Below are positions 1-12,736 of a stretch of DNA of 58,916 bases, piece by piece; within the stretch, counting starts at the first letter, position 1; each line of letters opens with the position of its first letter. Origin of the DNA: Perkinsus olseni (taxonomy: Eukaryota); contig JABANN010000005.1 in assembly GCA_013115125.1 (NCBI GenBank), positions 124,001 through 182,916 of the forward strand, given 5' to 3'. The notes under the pieces were generated by a model. The model was not told the DNA's origin, did not search any database, and saw nothing but the letters and a program-made list of their open reading frames with translations. A program made the position numbers and the translations under genes.

Positions 1-689
1 TACTCGACTACATGATGAATCATGATTTATGATCTCCTGGCATCCCAGGCAAATACCGATACTTTGCTAACTTATCACACCATCCAGAGCACACCACCCA
101 GCACAGAACTCTTTGCGGACACCCGGGTCAATCTGGTTATTTGCTACGCAGCGTAGCCTCCGCTTCTATCGTTCTGCTGCCGTATCGGCGATACGGTATC
201 GCATCAATACCTCCTGGACTCAGTCGTGAGCCTGAAACCAACACTCGCCATACTGAACAACAACGAAGAAAACCCGATTGTACGGGAAACGGCGAGTTGT
301 TCTCACGTATGCGCGTAATAATTTTTCCCATAAGCACTTGTCGCAGTCACGGTCAGGTAGCATAGGAGTATGTGCTCAGCTGCGGCGCGTGGCAGTCTCC
401 TCGTTACTCAGAATCAGAGTACCTGTAGTGAGAAGCAGTGGGAGTCGGCCAAGAAGTTCTACTCGCCTTTACGGGTGGCTTCAGCGTGCCCGGGAATGAG
501 CGACTCAGTCACAGCGTGACTGTAGGAAGCTATTTGACTCGCTCACTAATAGCTTCCTGCACTCCACTAGAATAAATTCCCAAACACAAAGCTTCGTATA
601 GAAACACACTCATGCCATGATACAATTCAACCACACGCTGAACCACACTACACCAGTTTCGTTAACACCAAACAACGCACCGTTCGGCT

Positions 690-1230
690 GATCGGTGCGC
701 TTGGACCCCTCTTCCTTGTCGCCGCATCACGTACATAAATACACATGTCGTAGCGAGCATCGACCGAATATTTCCCCATCGCGAGAGAGTAGCATGATAC
801 AGTTTTCCAGAGCGGCCGGGCCCACAGCTGAAGCCGAAGATCATGCGGTCGGACCCAAAAGTGCTGCCCCCCACCTTGATCAAGAACTGCCTGTCAGGGT
901 TTGATGCGGATTCTGTAGAAGGCTTTGCTGATGTCTAAGAATGTGATTGAGCCCCGAGCCTACCAGCATGACCCGCATAATCTCATCAGCTGTGAGATAT
1001 CGCAGCCCGTGTAGCCTGCCCACGGTAGTATGGCATTTCAGATTCTGGCGTCGCTGCACGGCCTGACCTTGGTGGTCTTTGTTCTACCCTGCCAGACAGG
1101 GAAGATTACGAATGCCTGGAGTACTCCAGTGGAGTACTCCAGTGGAGTACAAAACTCTTGTGAAAACGAATTCAACCAGACTTTAGACCTGCGGCTCCAC
1201 CGCTCTCGATCACTCGAGCACCCGGCCAAT
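690..1230 (-). pseudogene. Degenerate reverse transcriptase of an LTR-type retrotransposon (stops and a frameshift)
   Basis: Minus-strand translation gives ordered RT motifs: FPVWQG..KVRPCSDARI*NAILP, FLDISKAFYRIRI (~900-940), RMIFGFSCGP (~815-845) and VFMYV(M) at the YVDD position (~725-745). In-frame stops and a frameshift interrupt them. Confidence 0.75.
1115..1150. repeat. Short tandem repeat of a palindromic 13-mer (tggagtactccag, about 2.6 copies)
   Basis: Sequence reads ctggagtactccagtggagtactccagtggagtac. Confidence 0.85.
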
Positions 1231-2478
1231 GATGTACAAGATCTAGCTTTTTGAGGACGAACGGTGTGCTGCCATCGACAGCCTGTCCGCGATATTCTTA
1301 GGCCCTATCCCGCGGAGAACGCCGACGGGAGTGCTTGCTATGGGGACGATCACTTTCTCACAGCGAGAAGAACAGCGTCGGCGATAGAACAATGGATCAG
1401 ATGTAAACTCGCTTCAAGAGGCCGCTTTTAGAAATCATCTCCACAATTCTTCTCCTTGGGGTTATCACTGATCAGGCCTTAATGAGCAAGGAAAGTCCAC
1501 GAACGAGTCGCCCCGCAGCACGGTAAGTTGGACAGGTGACCGGTAGATGAACTTCACTATACCAGTCACGAGGGACGCGGCTCCCCGTCTGGGCCGCCCC
1601 TCGGAAGGGGCATCCGGTGATAACAGCATTATAGTCAGCTTTGAGATTATGCAAATAGCTGTCGATGCGATGAACATTTCTTCATTATCGGTCTAAAGAG
1701 AACTTTCAAAAAATTCCCTGCGAACAATTTTCCCTAAGGAAAATTGCTTCCTATTTGCACAGTATTTTTCAATAGTTTGGCTGTCATCCGCGCACACGCC
1801 CTTACGGTGAGGGCCTTACTTTTTCAGTATCCAGAGTGTGAAGCAGGTCCACCTTGAATTCATAACTTACGACAAGAGTCTTGTCACTAGACTCTTGGTG
1901 ATCGCATGCTCAGCGCCTCCCTCGCGTTGAGCACTTATGGACCCCCATTGGGGAGATTCCGACATGCGTAGTCGAGCAAACCGGAGCCCGGCTAGCGGAC
2001 AAATATCTGTATGTCGGAGGGCAACATCTTTGGAACAAGCAACAACTAACGGAAAGCCACAGTATACCAAATCCGTACAACCCATCGAGAGAGCTCAAAC
2101 TCGACTACCTCCCGAAAAATGAAATTGACTACGAATGACGTACGAACAACTCTTCGCACCGTGCGCTGCAGCGCTGTGTTGCATGGCGGCTCGTATCAGA
2201 CAAGACAGTCCGCTAAGTTTACATGAGCAAAGCCAGAGCCCATCATCTTACCTTCGCAGATCCGAATTTGCTCTGATTTCAACTTCAAAATACAGCAACA
2301 GCCAGCGGTTCCCGCAAGTGAACTTCACTCAGTAAAGCACCACGGTGGCATAGATCTTTGGTCCTGCCGTCTATGCGTGGGAAACGTCAGCCAGCCTTCA
2401 TGTCACGGGCATGAAAAGCATTATTTCAAACTCAAGCGAAGCCGCACTTCTTTGATGACTACAGGCAGTATACACAGG

Positions 2479-5156
2479 TCATGAATTGAAATGATGAACT
2501 TTCGAAACTGGTATGAACTCCTCATCTTCTTTCTGGCACCACCATCGCGGTATACCGTGCTCAGTCTTATCGAAGATATCACATCGCAGACCGAAGCGGT
2601 CCACGGAGTGAACAATGTCAGATTCACGCCAACACTCCCACAGCGCTGGCCCTTGAAAAGCGAATATCCTGAATTGACACATGAACTACCACAAGCTCAC
2701 CTCGGCCATGGAAGTCATAGGAGAATTTCCGGCCCTCCTTTCTGAGCGCCACGCAACCGTACTGCTCCTCAGGGTGGGCCAGGCTGTCGCCGAGAAGATC
2801 CCGTTGGCACATGCACTGCTCCTGATGCGCTGTTGGTATAGAATATACCTGCGAGATGGCTAAGCAGAAGCGATGTTGTGCCATCATACTCTTCACCCAC
2901 TCCTGTCTTGTCTCCCGCATGCAGTGCTACTCCTGCTGTGAAAACGCCATTGCCGAGCCACCCTAGGTTTAAGAACCCATCGAAGGAAGCCACAAACTTG
3001 AACCAGTGCTGGTACTCCTCTCCAGCGAAGAAGTCCGAGTCGAAGACGTATGGTGGGTGGTTGGCCGTCATCAGCATACCGTCTTCCTTCGCGTTGGCCA
3101 TGACATCCTCGAGAAACGCACTGTTCCGCAGCTTGTGTCCAAAGGCCTCGTTGTAAAGTGAAATCACTGCATCCAGGTGATTCACGCGCCCGCCAGCAAC
3201 ATGTATAACTTGTGAGAAGAGGAAGTAAGTCCCTTTGGCCAGCATGGCGGTCACTGGATCAGCGTGAGAAGCGTCGATTGGGAAATACTGGTCCGTGTCT
3301 AGTCGCATGGTGAAGCGTGACGACCGTAAAGCCGGGTGCTTGAAGACAGGGCCCGACTCGAAAAGGCACACTTGCCTGTATCCCAGCGGCCGTGGATGAA
3401 CTGTGCTCTTTGAACTCATCGAAAGGGGATCATTCGATGCCTCCAAAGAAGTGGTACGAACGAGGCCATCAAACCCGGAGTATTTCTGGGTCATGAACCA
3501 AATCCTGTTCCTAGACGCAGTCACCAGGGCCCTGCGCTGTGTCCTAGAAAGGCTGGTGTCATAGAAGATAATGATAGGGTGATCGAAGGCATAGTTGAAG
3601 CGCTCCCACAGTAGCTCGAGGGCGAGCGCTAAGTCATTGACATGCTTCGAGCTGTTGCTGGTGAGGTAGTGGATGGTCATGTTCGTTGTGGCGCCGTCAC
3701 TTATGTCGCACAGAGGTCCTCTCATCGGTGGCAGACACTCGCAGTAGCCGTCAGCGCATAGGGCACGGTCGTCCAACATTCTCAGACCGGAGCTTTCTCT
3801 CCATCGGAACTCCGCAAGGTGGTTACGCTGCGGTCTCGGGTCATCCTCGCTGAGAACGGTAGCTGTTTCTAGTCGTCTATCCGAGTCAAAGAAGGCCGCA
3901 AGAGGGTGGCAGTAGAAGCCCATCTCCCAAAAAGTTTCACTTCCTGCCATCGGCCGATCATCCAGTAGACCATTCAAGACGAATACGGCAATGCTGAGCT
4001 CAACGTGGTGAAGAACGTAACCAAGTTCTGTTAGTTTCGCTTCCAAAGCGGCAAGGCTGCACTGTTGTGTCCAGTTGCCGTTGCCAGTGGTGGTCGTCCA
4101 GTCCGGCGTCTTCCGTATCGTAGACCCCGCGAGTGGATCAAAGGGGAGGTACAGTACCTTCACGCCTTGATGGTGCAGTACCATATCATGAAGCAACAAA
4201 CAGTTGTGCAAACGAGGGTCTATATACAGCATGTCCGGAGAGAAATAATGAAGGCTTGCGAAGGCCGAGCGCGTGTACTTGAAGACTTCAGTGTGAACGT
4301 CCGTTCGTGCCCTATAGAACGTCTCGCTAAAACCCAGGCCATAGTAATGCTCGACTACTCCGCAGTAGGTGGTCTTCTGACCGTCAGTGTCGCAATAGAT
4401 GTTCATATGGCGACTCTCGCCCCTCGACGATCTCTCATGCACACGTCTTGGGGGGTCGTAGCCATCATGTGATGCCTCGGTGTAGTTCTCATTCGGATAC
4501 CCACTAACCAAGCTGATGAGCACCCCAGAGAGCTTCACGCGCCGCGAAATTCTCTCCAGGAGTTCCTCAGGTGGAATGTGGGGAGCGTGTGAACCAGCGA
4601 TATCCCGATACCCTGCCGAGCTAGGGCCAGTATATCCCCCTACTGCGCGCAGCGCTAGGCATCTTTTGCTGGACCGTATCAGGGACCTCATGGGTCTTGA
4701 TATGAAGTCCGTGAAAGCATACTCGGGCACCAAAAGAGAAGCAGCAGCATCTAAGTTTGACGGCGTACTGTGGCAGGGCCGTCGTTTGATGCGCTCGTTC
4801 AGTCTATGGACTTGATACGATGCTAGCAGTGATAGGAGCTCCTCCCTGTCAACCTCGTTGCCCAGCATCGACCGGAGTTCTCCAGCCACTCCAAGCGGTA
4901 GTTGGGCGAGGACGGCATCGATTGTTTCAGCCGACTTCTCCAGAGACCCCATCACCGCCAAGACGCTTTGAGACACCTCTCGAGCATAGAAAAGCTCAGA
5001 GTAGTGGCACATGCTCTGTAATGAGGGCATTGATCTTGATACGAAGTAATAGGCATCCAACACTTGCCGAGTCGCTGCTTCTAATGGACTATTGAGAAAG
5101 GGCGACTGGCCCTGAACGAGGCTGAGGATACTCAGGGCTGAAGCAGAAAATATCAT
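2479..5156 (-). CDS. Secreted/Golgi protein with an EGF-like motif and a C-terminal GT15 (KRE2/KTR-like alpha-mannosyltransferase) domain
   Basis: Lies in the long ORF 2769-5552. Probable start MIFSASALSILSLVQG (signal-like) at 5156. Contains CADGYCECLPPMRGPLC, then GT15-like LWERFNYAFDHPIIIF, GYRQVCLFESG and MRLDTD. The 3' exons at about 2479-2850 are inferred through short introns. Confidence 0.65.
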
Positions 5157-5697
5157 TGAGATTTGATTCGAGCAGAGCTGTACGACCACCGCCACCATAC
5201 CACTCCAATCGTAACCCAGGTTCAATTTATTAACAACACTGCACTGTGGGAGTCGGGCGAGCTCTGTGTTATCTATAGTGCAACTATGTATACGTAAGTG
5301 CCAGTGGAGACCTACACACATGTGTAGGCCTTCGTTGGTGGTCCATCCGAATGACAGAGGCGGGAAAGTTATACGATTCATGATAAGCGGAGATGATGAT
5401 GACGATATTCTATAAACTACCAAATAGTGCTGCTGCTGATGGTAGTAGTACTGACAGCGCATAGGCCGCGGAACGCTAATACTGTGCCAAGCTGATGCCA
5501 GGATGATGATGCTGATAACAACAGTGAGACACATAAGGGATGTCGTCGACAAGGTTTATAGTATCATAGGGAAGAGCTCATGGTCAAACACAGGCAACAA
5601 CATCATCAATACCAGAACACCGGCAATGACCACAGGGTGCAGCAGAAGTACAACCGCGACTGACTGTGCACATCAGACTACGATGGCTACGTCCTAC

Positions 5698-8600
5698 TCA
5701 ACTCTCGCGCGCCCCAGATTCGGTAGTCGGCCATCAGTGAGGTGACGGCGTCTTGGGTTGATCGACGAAGGGGCGGCGCGGCAGAGCTAGTCGTAGTAAC
5801 AATCATCACCAAGCATCCGTCTGCTGACTCATCTGCGACTGTTGGGTACTCACAGCTGAAAATGAGCGGAGCGATGCAAAAAAGTGACGCTGGAGCTGGT
5901 GGCGCTTACTCATAGAAGGGCCATAGGATGCACCTTGCGTGGGCGTGGCGAAAGCATCTTGAGACATCTGGCTCTCGCTGTATCCACTCGCGCTGCTGCT
6001 ACCACCAGCAACACGACGCCGTCTGTCGCTCCGAGGTGCCCTATCTCGGGGGCCTGCGGGAGCTACATCATCTGAAGGGAACCGTGGCGCTTAGAGCCGC
6101 AGTGATAGCGAGGTTCTTACTTTGGAAGTACTGGTTAGGTGCCCGCATGGCGGCCTCGGGAGCCGGAACGCTCTGAGGGATACCTCTATAGTAGTCATTA
6201 TCAAACAGTGGCGGTTCATCCTAAGAGGAACAGGTCATAGCGACAGATGCACACGCAGAAATTGTAAACTAATTATAAAAAAAGGAGTATATTAAAAAAG
6301 TATTATAAGGTAGCATTATATTTGTAACTTTATACTTATTATCCTGACGATCCCTGAGCAAAAGGCTTCATGTTTGTATATTAGTTTTCATCACTGATAT
6401 CAAGTAATATTCAAATAATAAAACTATTACAAACATTTTCTTAGAATGCCAACGTATTCATACAGGATATAATTCATACCAATATACAAGGAAAACTATA
6501 TTCAGTTAGCAATATATGACTAACCAATATCATCATCCCTAACACAAAATGAATAGTGACTACCTGCGTGAGGGTCTGTCGAGCGAAGCTTCTGGCGGAC
6601 TGGTTACGACCTCCTGAGGTTCCGCGGTAGGGCGCCACCGGCACCACCGGCTCATCAATTTGAATCTGACACAACGATGATGGCGAGGACAGTACCCGCA
6701 CAATGCAAGCTTACGTGGCTTTGACGCAAGGCTGACAGCGGACCTTCAACAATGAGATCAAACTTCTTCATATGGGACAGCAGACCATTCCAAACGGACG
6801 GCATCGAACCTATCAGGAGATGAACCTTACTCGCTCGAAGGGCGCTCTACCTCTTCCTTGATGGCCCGCTGTAGTGGCCCTCGCAAGGACTTGTGCGTTG
6901 CCGCAGATCACGAGACCATACCTGATCGCAGTACTATAGAGAAGCATCGCGCGAGTGTCTCCTACCGGGCTCTCGTGAGGGCGACATTGAGACGTCGAGG
7001 GTCGTTGAGGAACCCTAGGCCAGCCCTCTGGTTCGATCGAACACACGACAAAACGATGAAGTCCTTCTCTCGACCTGCGAGCGGACAAGCCGTGACCAAC
7101 ACCCAACCACGGTCCACACATCCTCACCTTGGAAGGCATCAACACTGGCAATCTCAATAGTCTCGTAAAGCTTGGCACTCAGTGTGGTCTGTCGTTGCAG
7201 GACCTGCTGGATGTACCTAACGCGAAAGGGCAAGCCAATGAGCCCGAGATCCAGTCCTCCTCCACCTACGCTCGCTGGCCTTCGTAAGGCGTGACCACAC
7301 CAATCTGGGAACCCTGAAGAACACAACCTTATCATCATAATGATGCCACAGCAGTATCCAATCTCACCTTAAGGCCAGCCCTGAGGAAGTACGTGAGAAT
7401 CTTCTCGATGTTGATGGCCTCCGATCTGTTCAGATACGACGTACCCGAAGCAGAGATCTCTTCTTGCCCTGAATAAAAGAGAGCAATGAGACCTCCCTCT
7501 GAGAGTACGAGGGGCATGCTAATGGCGAGACAGCGCGACTACAATGAATGATGTAAGGATGGCCATTCTCAGTCTCTCATACCGAGAATTGAAGAAGCTA
7601 GGCCCACACTGGTGCACTCACAGTGAGGCACCGCCGACCTACCAGTAGAGTTATAGAAGAACATCGGCATCTCCTCCCTCGGCCAGGGGAACTTCACACC
7701 GGATACCTGCCTGTCTTCCATAGTGATGCCATTCTGTAGACAGCCATCGTAGAAGGTCTGACAAGGAACGATTGTCCACAGCGCAAAGCAGTTGGAAGTA
7801 TCCTTACTTGACTAGGGAACTCCGCAAGACTAGGGTGCATACGGTACTGCACTTCCAGACGGATGGGGCGGACACCCAACGCGATGAGGCGTTCAAAGAG
7901 GGACTGATAGCCAGAAAACCTACACATTCTGCCGAAGAGGAATGAGTACCCTACCTGCTTGAAGCCAGCCTTAGCAGCCTTTTTGCACATCACTACTGGA
8001 CCGAGCTGCTTGTGATCACCCACCAGTATCACCTGGAGAGACGAGTGGGGATTTCTCAATTGCGATATATTGATATTATGCTTGATGATAATACACCCGT
8101 ATTGCGACGAAAACAATGATGAAAACACATGCACACAAAAATTTTCGTGTTTTAGAATAGTATGATCTCCCGACCTTAAGTCGGGTCGGCGACCTATAGT
8201 GCTGATACCACTCCTTTCGTACTTCCAGGCTGGAAGCACTCTCTGCTGGAAGTTCCAGCAGAGAATGCTACAGATTGAATGACTAACGATCATTACCTGC
8301 TTAGCACCATTGCAAATTGGTATCAATGCCTCGGGCTCACATGCTTGAGTGGCTTCATCGACCAGAACCTGTAAACAGCCAGCATGTCGGAAAGATACCA
8401 CCAAAGGTTACTACCATCTTGAAGCGTAATTTCCCAAGTCGTGGATCACCAGCTCCTGCGCATGTCGTGCAAATGACATCGGCGTTCTCAAGAAGCTCAC
8501 GCTCAACCTAAAGATGCGCCCTCGAAACCCATACCGCACTAAAGCCGCTCCTACCTGGCTCCTGAGAATCCGGAAACGCTTCTCATCGCTGGAGGTCAAC

Positions 8601-11600
8601 TCCCCAACTTCATCCTGGTAAGATACAAAAATAAAGATACGTCATTGCGCCAACTCCTCTTACCTTCAAATCGAATAACTTTCTGAATTCCTTCGCTTGT
8701 GGTGTCCGCATGTTACGAATTTGCGTATGCAAGGACAGGAACTCCACAGGAGAATAGAGACACTCGCGCGACTTCGCCAAGATACGCACAACCTGCCAGG
8801 AGACAGCATGTCAGTCAACACTAGTAGAAGAGAATCCCCACCTTCAGTCCAGTGAGATGAATCTTCTCAGCGAGCTGGTCCACAGCGATATTGGAAGGCG
8901 CCGTCACAAGAACCTGATAACAACGGTCTCAATGATGACAAATCATGGAAATCATAAATAGTGATAAAACTCATGAATGATGATGGAAAATAATGATCAA
9001 TAATGGGTGATATCAAGAAGCAACAACCTACCTGCCCCTGATTCTGTCGAGCCAAGTGGTATATGATACTTGCAGAGGTTACTGTTTTACCAGTACCGGG
9101 AGGTCCCTACAGAGGTAAAATGACGGATAAGAGTTAGACAGAATCAGCCCACCTGAATGAGAGTAAGGGGCTGTTCCAAAGCCTTCTGTACAGCATGGAC
9201 TTGACTGTGGTTGAGCTGGGGTAGGTTGGGAGCCGTCCAGTTCTTGGGAGGGTTGTGGATCCTGAACGATGATGCTGCTGTCACTGATGGCCAACCCCTG
9301 TGACTACCTTATAGTAGTATTGGTTTCGATGGCCTGGCCCAAGAGCATGTGGTATCTACATAGGAAGGTCGAGACAGTAACAACGAACTGAGTGGGGAGG
9401 AGGTACTCCCGTCCTATCAACAAAGTAATGTCTAAAAAATCATCCTGAGTCAAAGCGGAATTGCCCGATTTCTATTAGGTTATTGGTTTCAATTCCCAGG
9501 TTATCACCATGCCAGGATAATCCTGGCAGGATAATCCTGGCAGGATTTCTCCTCTATCTCGCACTAGTATTCGAATATAACAGAAGCAGGCCACGTGCAC
9601 CACTAGGGTTAGTAAGCAAAACAGACGATGAAACTGTCCTTAGCGTCACTTTTGGACGAAGAGTTGACAATTTGACGATACAGTCGATCCATTGCCCTTA
9701 TTACATAACACCCGAGACACTGGTATCATCGACGGCAAAAGCCTTGAGTGCCTGCGCGAGAATAGACGATCCTTTACAATCGACAGCCACCACCACCACC
9801 ACGACGATTACATTTTGCATCCTATCAAAGCTCGTCGCCTTCCACACGAACTCGACCGTGTACCCACTGGTCACGTCCCACGGCCCCTTCTGATGGCTAT
9901 ACCTGCACAGTACCAATGACCATCATCCCTATTCCCCTCAAGGCTTACTGAGGTCGTAGTTCTACGCAAACCTCCTCGCTGCTTTGCATCAGCTTCGTCA
10001 CATGACCCACGCCGATCCAACCCTGAAATTGAAATTGAAGGCGAAGGATACCGACGATCCCTACCTCGTTATTAGTGCCCCAGTCAGCCAACTTCAGGCG
10101 GATCTCATCCCCTGGCACGAGCTTGACGCCAGCGGTTTCTTCTCTAGTAAAAATAGGGAAATATGCGCATCTTCTGTTGCCCATAGTAAGATCCCATCGC
10201 AGCTTGATATCGTGCTGGACAAAAATGGTCAAAAACTAGGCGGAGCGAAGCAAGGCCCGAACGCACCTTCGCTTGACTTTCCTTCACTTCCTTATCGTAA
10301 ACCGCTTCCATCTCCACCAATGGACCAAAGGTGTTTTGGTACACGAACGCATCAGGATACCTACAGAATGGCCTCCACCACCCAAGGCCCCTTCGTCCAG
10401 CTTGCTACGTGTTCCTCACTACAGGTAGATCGTCCTCGGCTGCTGCGGCACCGGGCTTAGCCAGATCGACTACTGTCGCCTGACGGGAGAGGGAGGTTGA
10501 TTAACATACAATATCAATTGGGCTGGGGGTGGAGGATATACCGTCACTTTTGCGCTTTCTTGTGCGGTCGTCAAAATTATTCCTCCACGACTATGTCGAG
10601 AGAACTCGCGGGACATAACCGAAGTGCGTGGTCTGCGTATTCTATGGACGAAATTTCCTCTTCGCCATGGTCGACTCTCCCGAAAAAAGCCCATGCCGGG
10701 GTTCGAACCCGGGGGTTTCCGTCGAGCATCAGCAGGAGGAAGAATTACATTTTCCTTTCCTTCTCTCCACAGTTCCTCCAGTCTATTAATCTGGGAATTA
10801 GTGATGGGCCTCGTGTACTTGACCTCTTCCTCAGGCGTGGGGATCTTCACCAGCCATGGCAGGAAGGCCCTTTCCTCAATGAGCGGCTGCAGCAGAGGGA
10901 ATAATACCAGGGACAAGCAAAAAAGCTCAACACTCACCTGCCACATGGAGATGTCCCACTCGTCGTCTTTTAGTGTATTGGACCCCAAGCAGGGCTCTCG
11001 GCAGATGAGCACGACAACGCTGAGGAGAGGAAGAGAGCTTAGTAATAATCATCTTAATGGCGCCGCCGACCATGGCTTCTGATCCGAAAGAAGCCTCGCT
11101 TGTCTTTTTCGATTTGACATCGATCAAATCGGATGTCAGGACGTCGATGTATTACCTGTCGGTCTTGGAAGGTATGAAGCCTAGAACGAAAACGTTGGTG
11201 TTGCCGCAGACGTAGCACTCCAGAAGAGAGGCCCCTAGGGGAGAGTCTTCATGCAAACATACACTCTTATGCTTAGACCTGAGCATGCGAGAGAAGTAGA
11301 GGGCAGGCGCTGTAATATGGCTGTGGACGAGCGCTACTATAATACCACACCATTCGTACTTTTCCTCATGGTTCTCTCTGGCGAAAGATTCTCTGCATAA
11401 TTCGAAACAAGTATGCCGGTCGAGGTATTTTTCCCGTCGGGCGAAACCATTTGCACGACAAAAATTAAAGATTCCGGTCGACGACAATGACGAAACTGAA
11501 AGTCCAGCCAATACCCTTCTTACCGCACTAGATGGTTCATGATATGGCTTCCACTAGTATTATGATGGGAGTTGCAGAACCATCGCTTGCACACGTTACA

Positions 11601-12554
11601 CTGTACCACGCACTCAGGAGAGCTCAAGTAACAGTACCTTCACAAACAAGGATGGAAGGCAACCGAAGCTATCATGAAATGGCAGTACTGGCAGGCATGG
11701 TCCGGCAACCTGGAGGGGTCGAACCCGTCTGACTCGATCCCCATGTAACGGCCGTGACCACCACCATGATGATGACCGTGAGATCCTGCGGGAAAGGAAT
11801 TCGGCAAGGAGCGAGCAACCAGTTGGCATACCAGGAAAGCCAGGCTGGCTTTGATCTACGGTGCCATCGTCAACCTCATCATCTACATCAGAGTCGGAGT
11901 CATCAGCCCACATCCTATGCTTGGACTCCTTCGAGAAGGCGTGCTGGTCGAGTGTCAGCTCCATTTCCTGAAGATTAGGGGAAGAGATGGTACGCCATGG
12001 CCGCCACTACCACCACTACTACTAATATCACCACTACCAATCAGTCAGCGCTGATGTCCATCAGGGGACGGAGGCGCCTTGAATAACGGTGAATTCGTGC
12101 CATGGCGTTCTATTCATAACTACTGGGCTCACTACTACGACCAGTCAGTCTGCGCATAAATTCATCGAGAAACGTTTGCGTCTCGAATAACAGGAAATTT
12201 ATGCCAATGTCCTGTATTCCTAGCACTCTTACGAACGCGCTTCCCTCCACCACCACGACCCTCAGAATCTTCCTTTACCACTACTACCTGAGCCTTTCCC
12301 TTAGTGGAGATATCCACATCGAGGAAGTCAGTCATAGTACCAGCTCGTAGGGCAGTATTGTCGCTCGGTGCTGCAGGCCTAGCTCCCGAGGGACCACCAC
12401 CATTCTGATGACCCCCCGCCGAGGACGGGCCGAACATCAGATCCTCAATACCTATTAATGAAGTATACAGCAGGTACCACACTTCGACCAACTTGCCTTG
12501 AGAGAACTGTGACTCCCCGTGCTGCGTGAAGAAGTCGCTCGTATTGGACGTCAT
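5698..12554 (-). CDS. UPF1: Regulator of nonsense transcripts 1, SF1 RNA helicase; multi-exon
   Basis: CH domain: [51 protein letters not shown]. Helicase motifs: [59 protein letters not shown]-rich tail. The 3' end is approximate. Confidence 0.95.
7561..7626 (+). repeat. Dispersed ~65-bp repeat, copy in a UPF1 intron
   Basis: gccattctc...gaagctaggcccacactggtgcactcacagtga closely matches 25203-25268. Confidence 0.75.
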
Positions 12555-12736
12555 CTAGGAACAAGCGAAAAACTACACCACCGACGCCACGCTAGTACCA
12601 CTCCTTCCACAACTCAGTCTGTGTGAAGTCAACACCGCAGGATTGGATGGAAACCGTTATTAAGGATTTTACGTGGGCCACCACGGTCGTTGAATCAGTG
12701 GTGGTGGTAGTAGGAACTTGGTAAAGCTTAGTGTAC

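Noticed and set aside
5157..5552. First ~130 codons of the 927-aa ORF
   Set aside because: Non-ATG start and UTR-like composition. A signal-peptide-like Met at 5156 is the more plausible start.
8920..9020. ATGATGA-rich stretch resembling C/D snoRNA boxes
   Set aside because: Low-complexity (atg/aat) intron on the antisense strand, with no clear D box or terminal stem.
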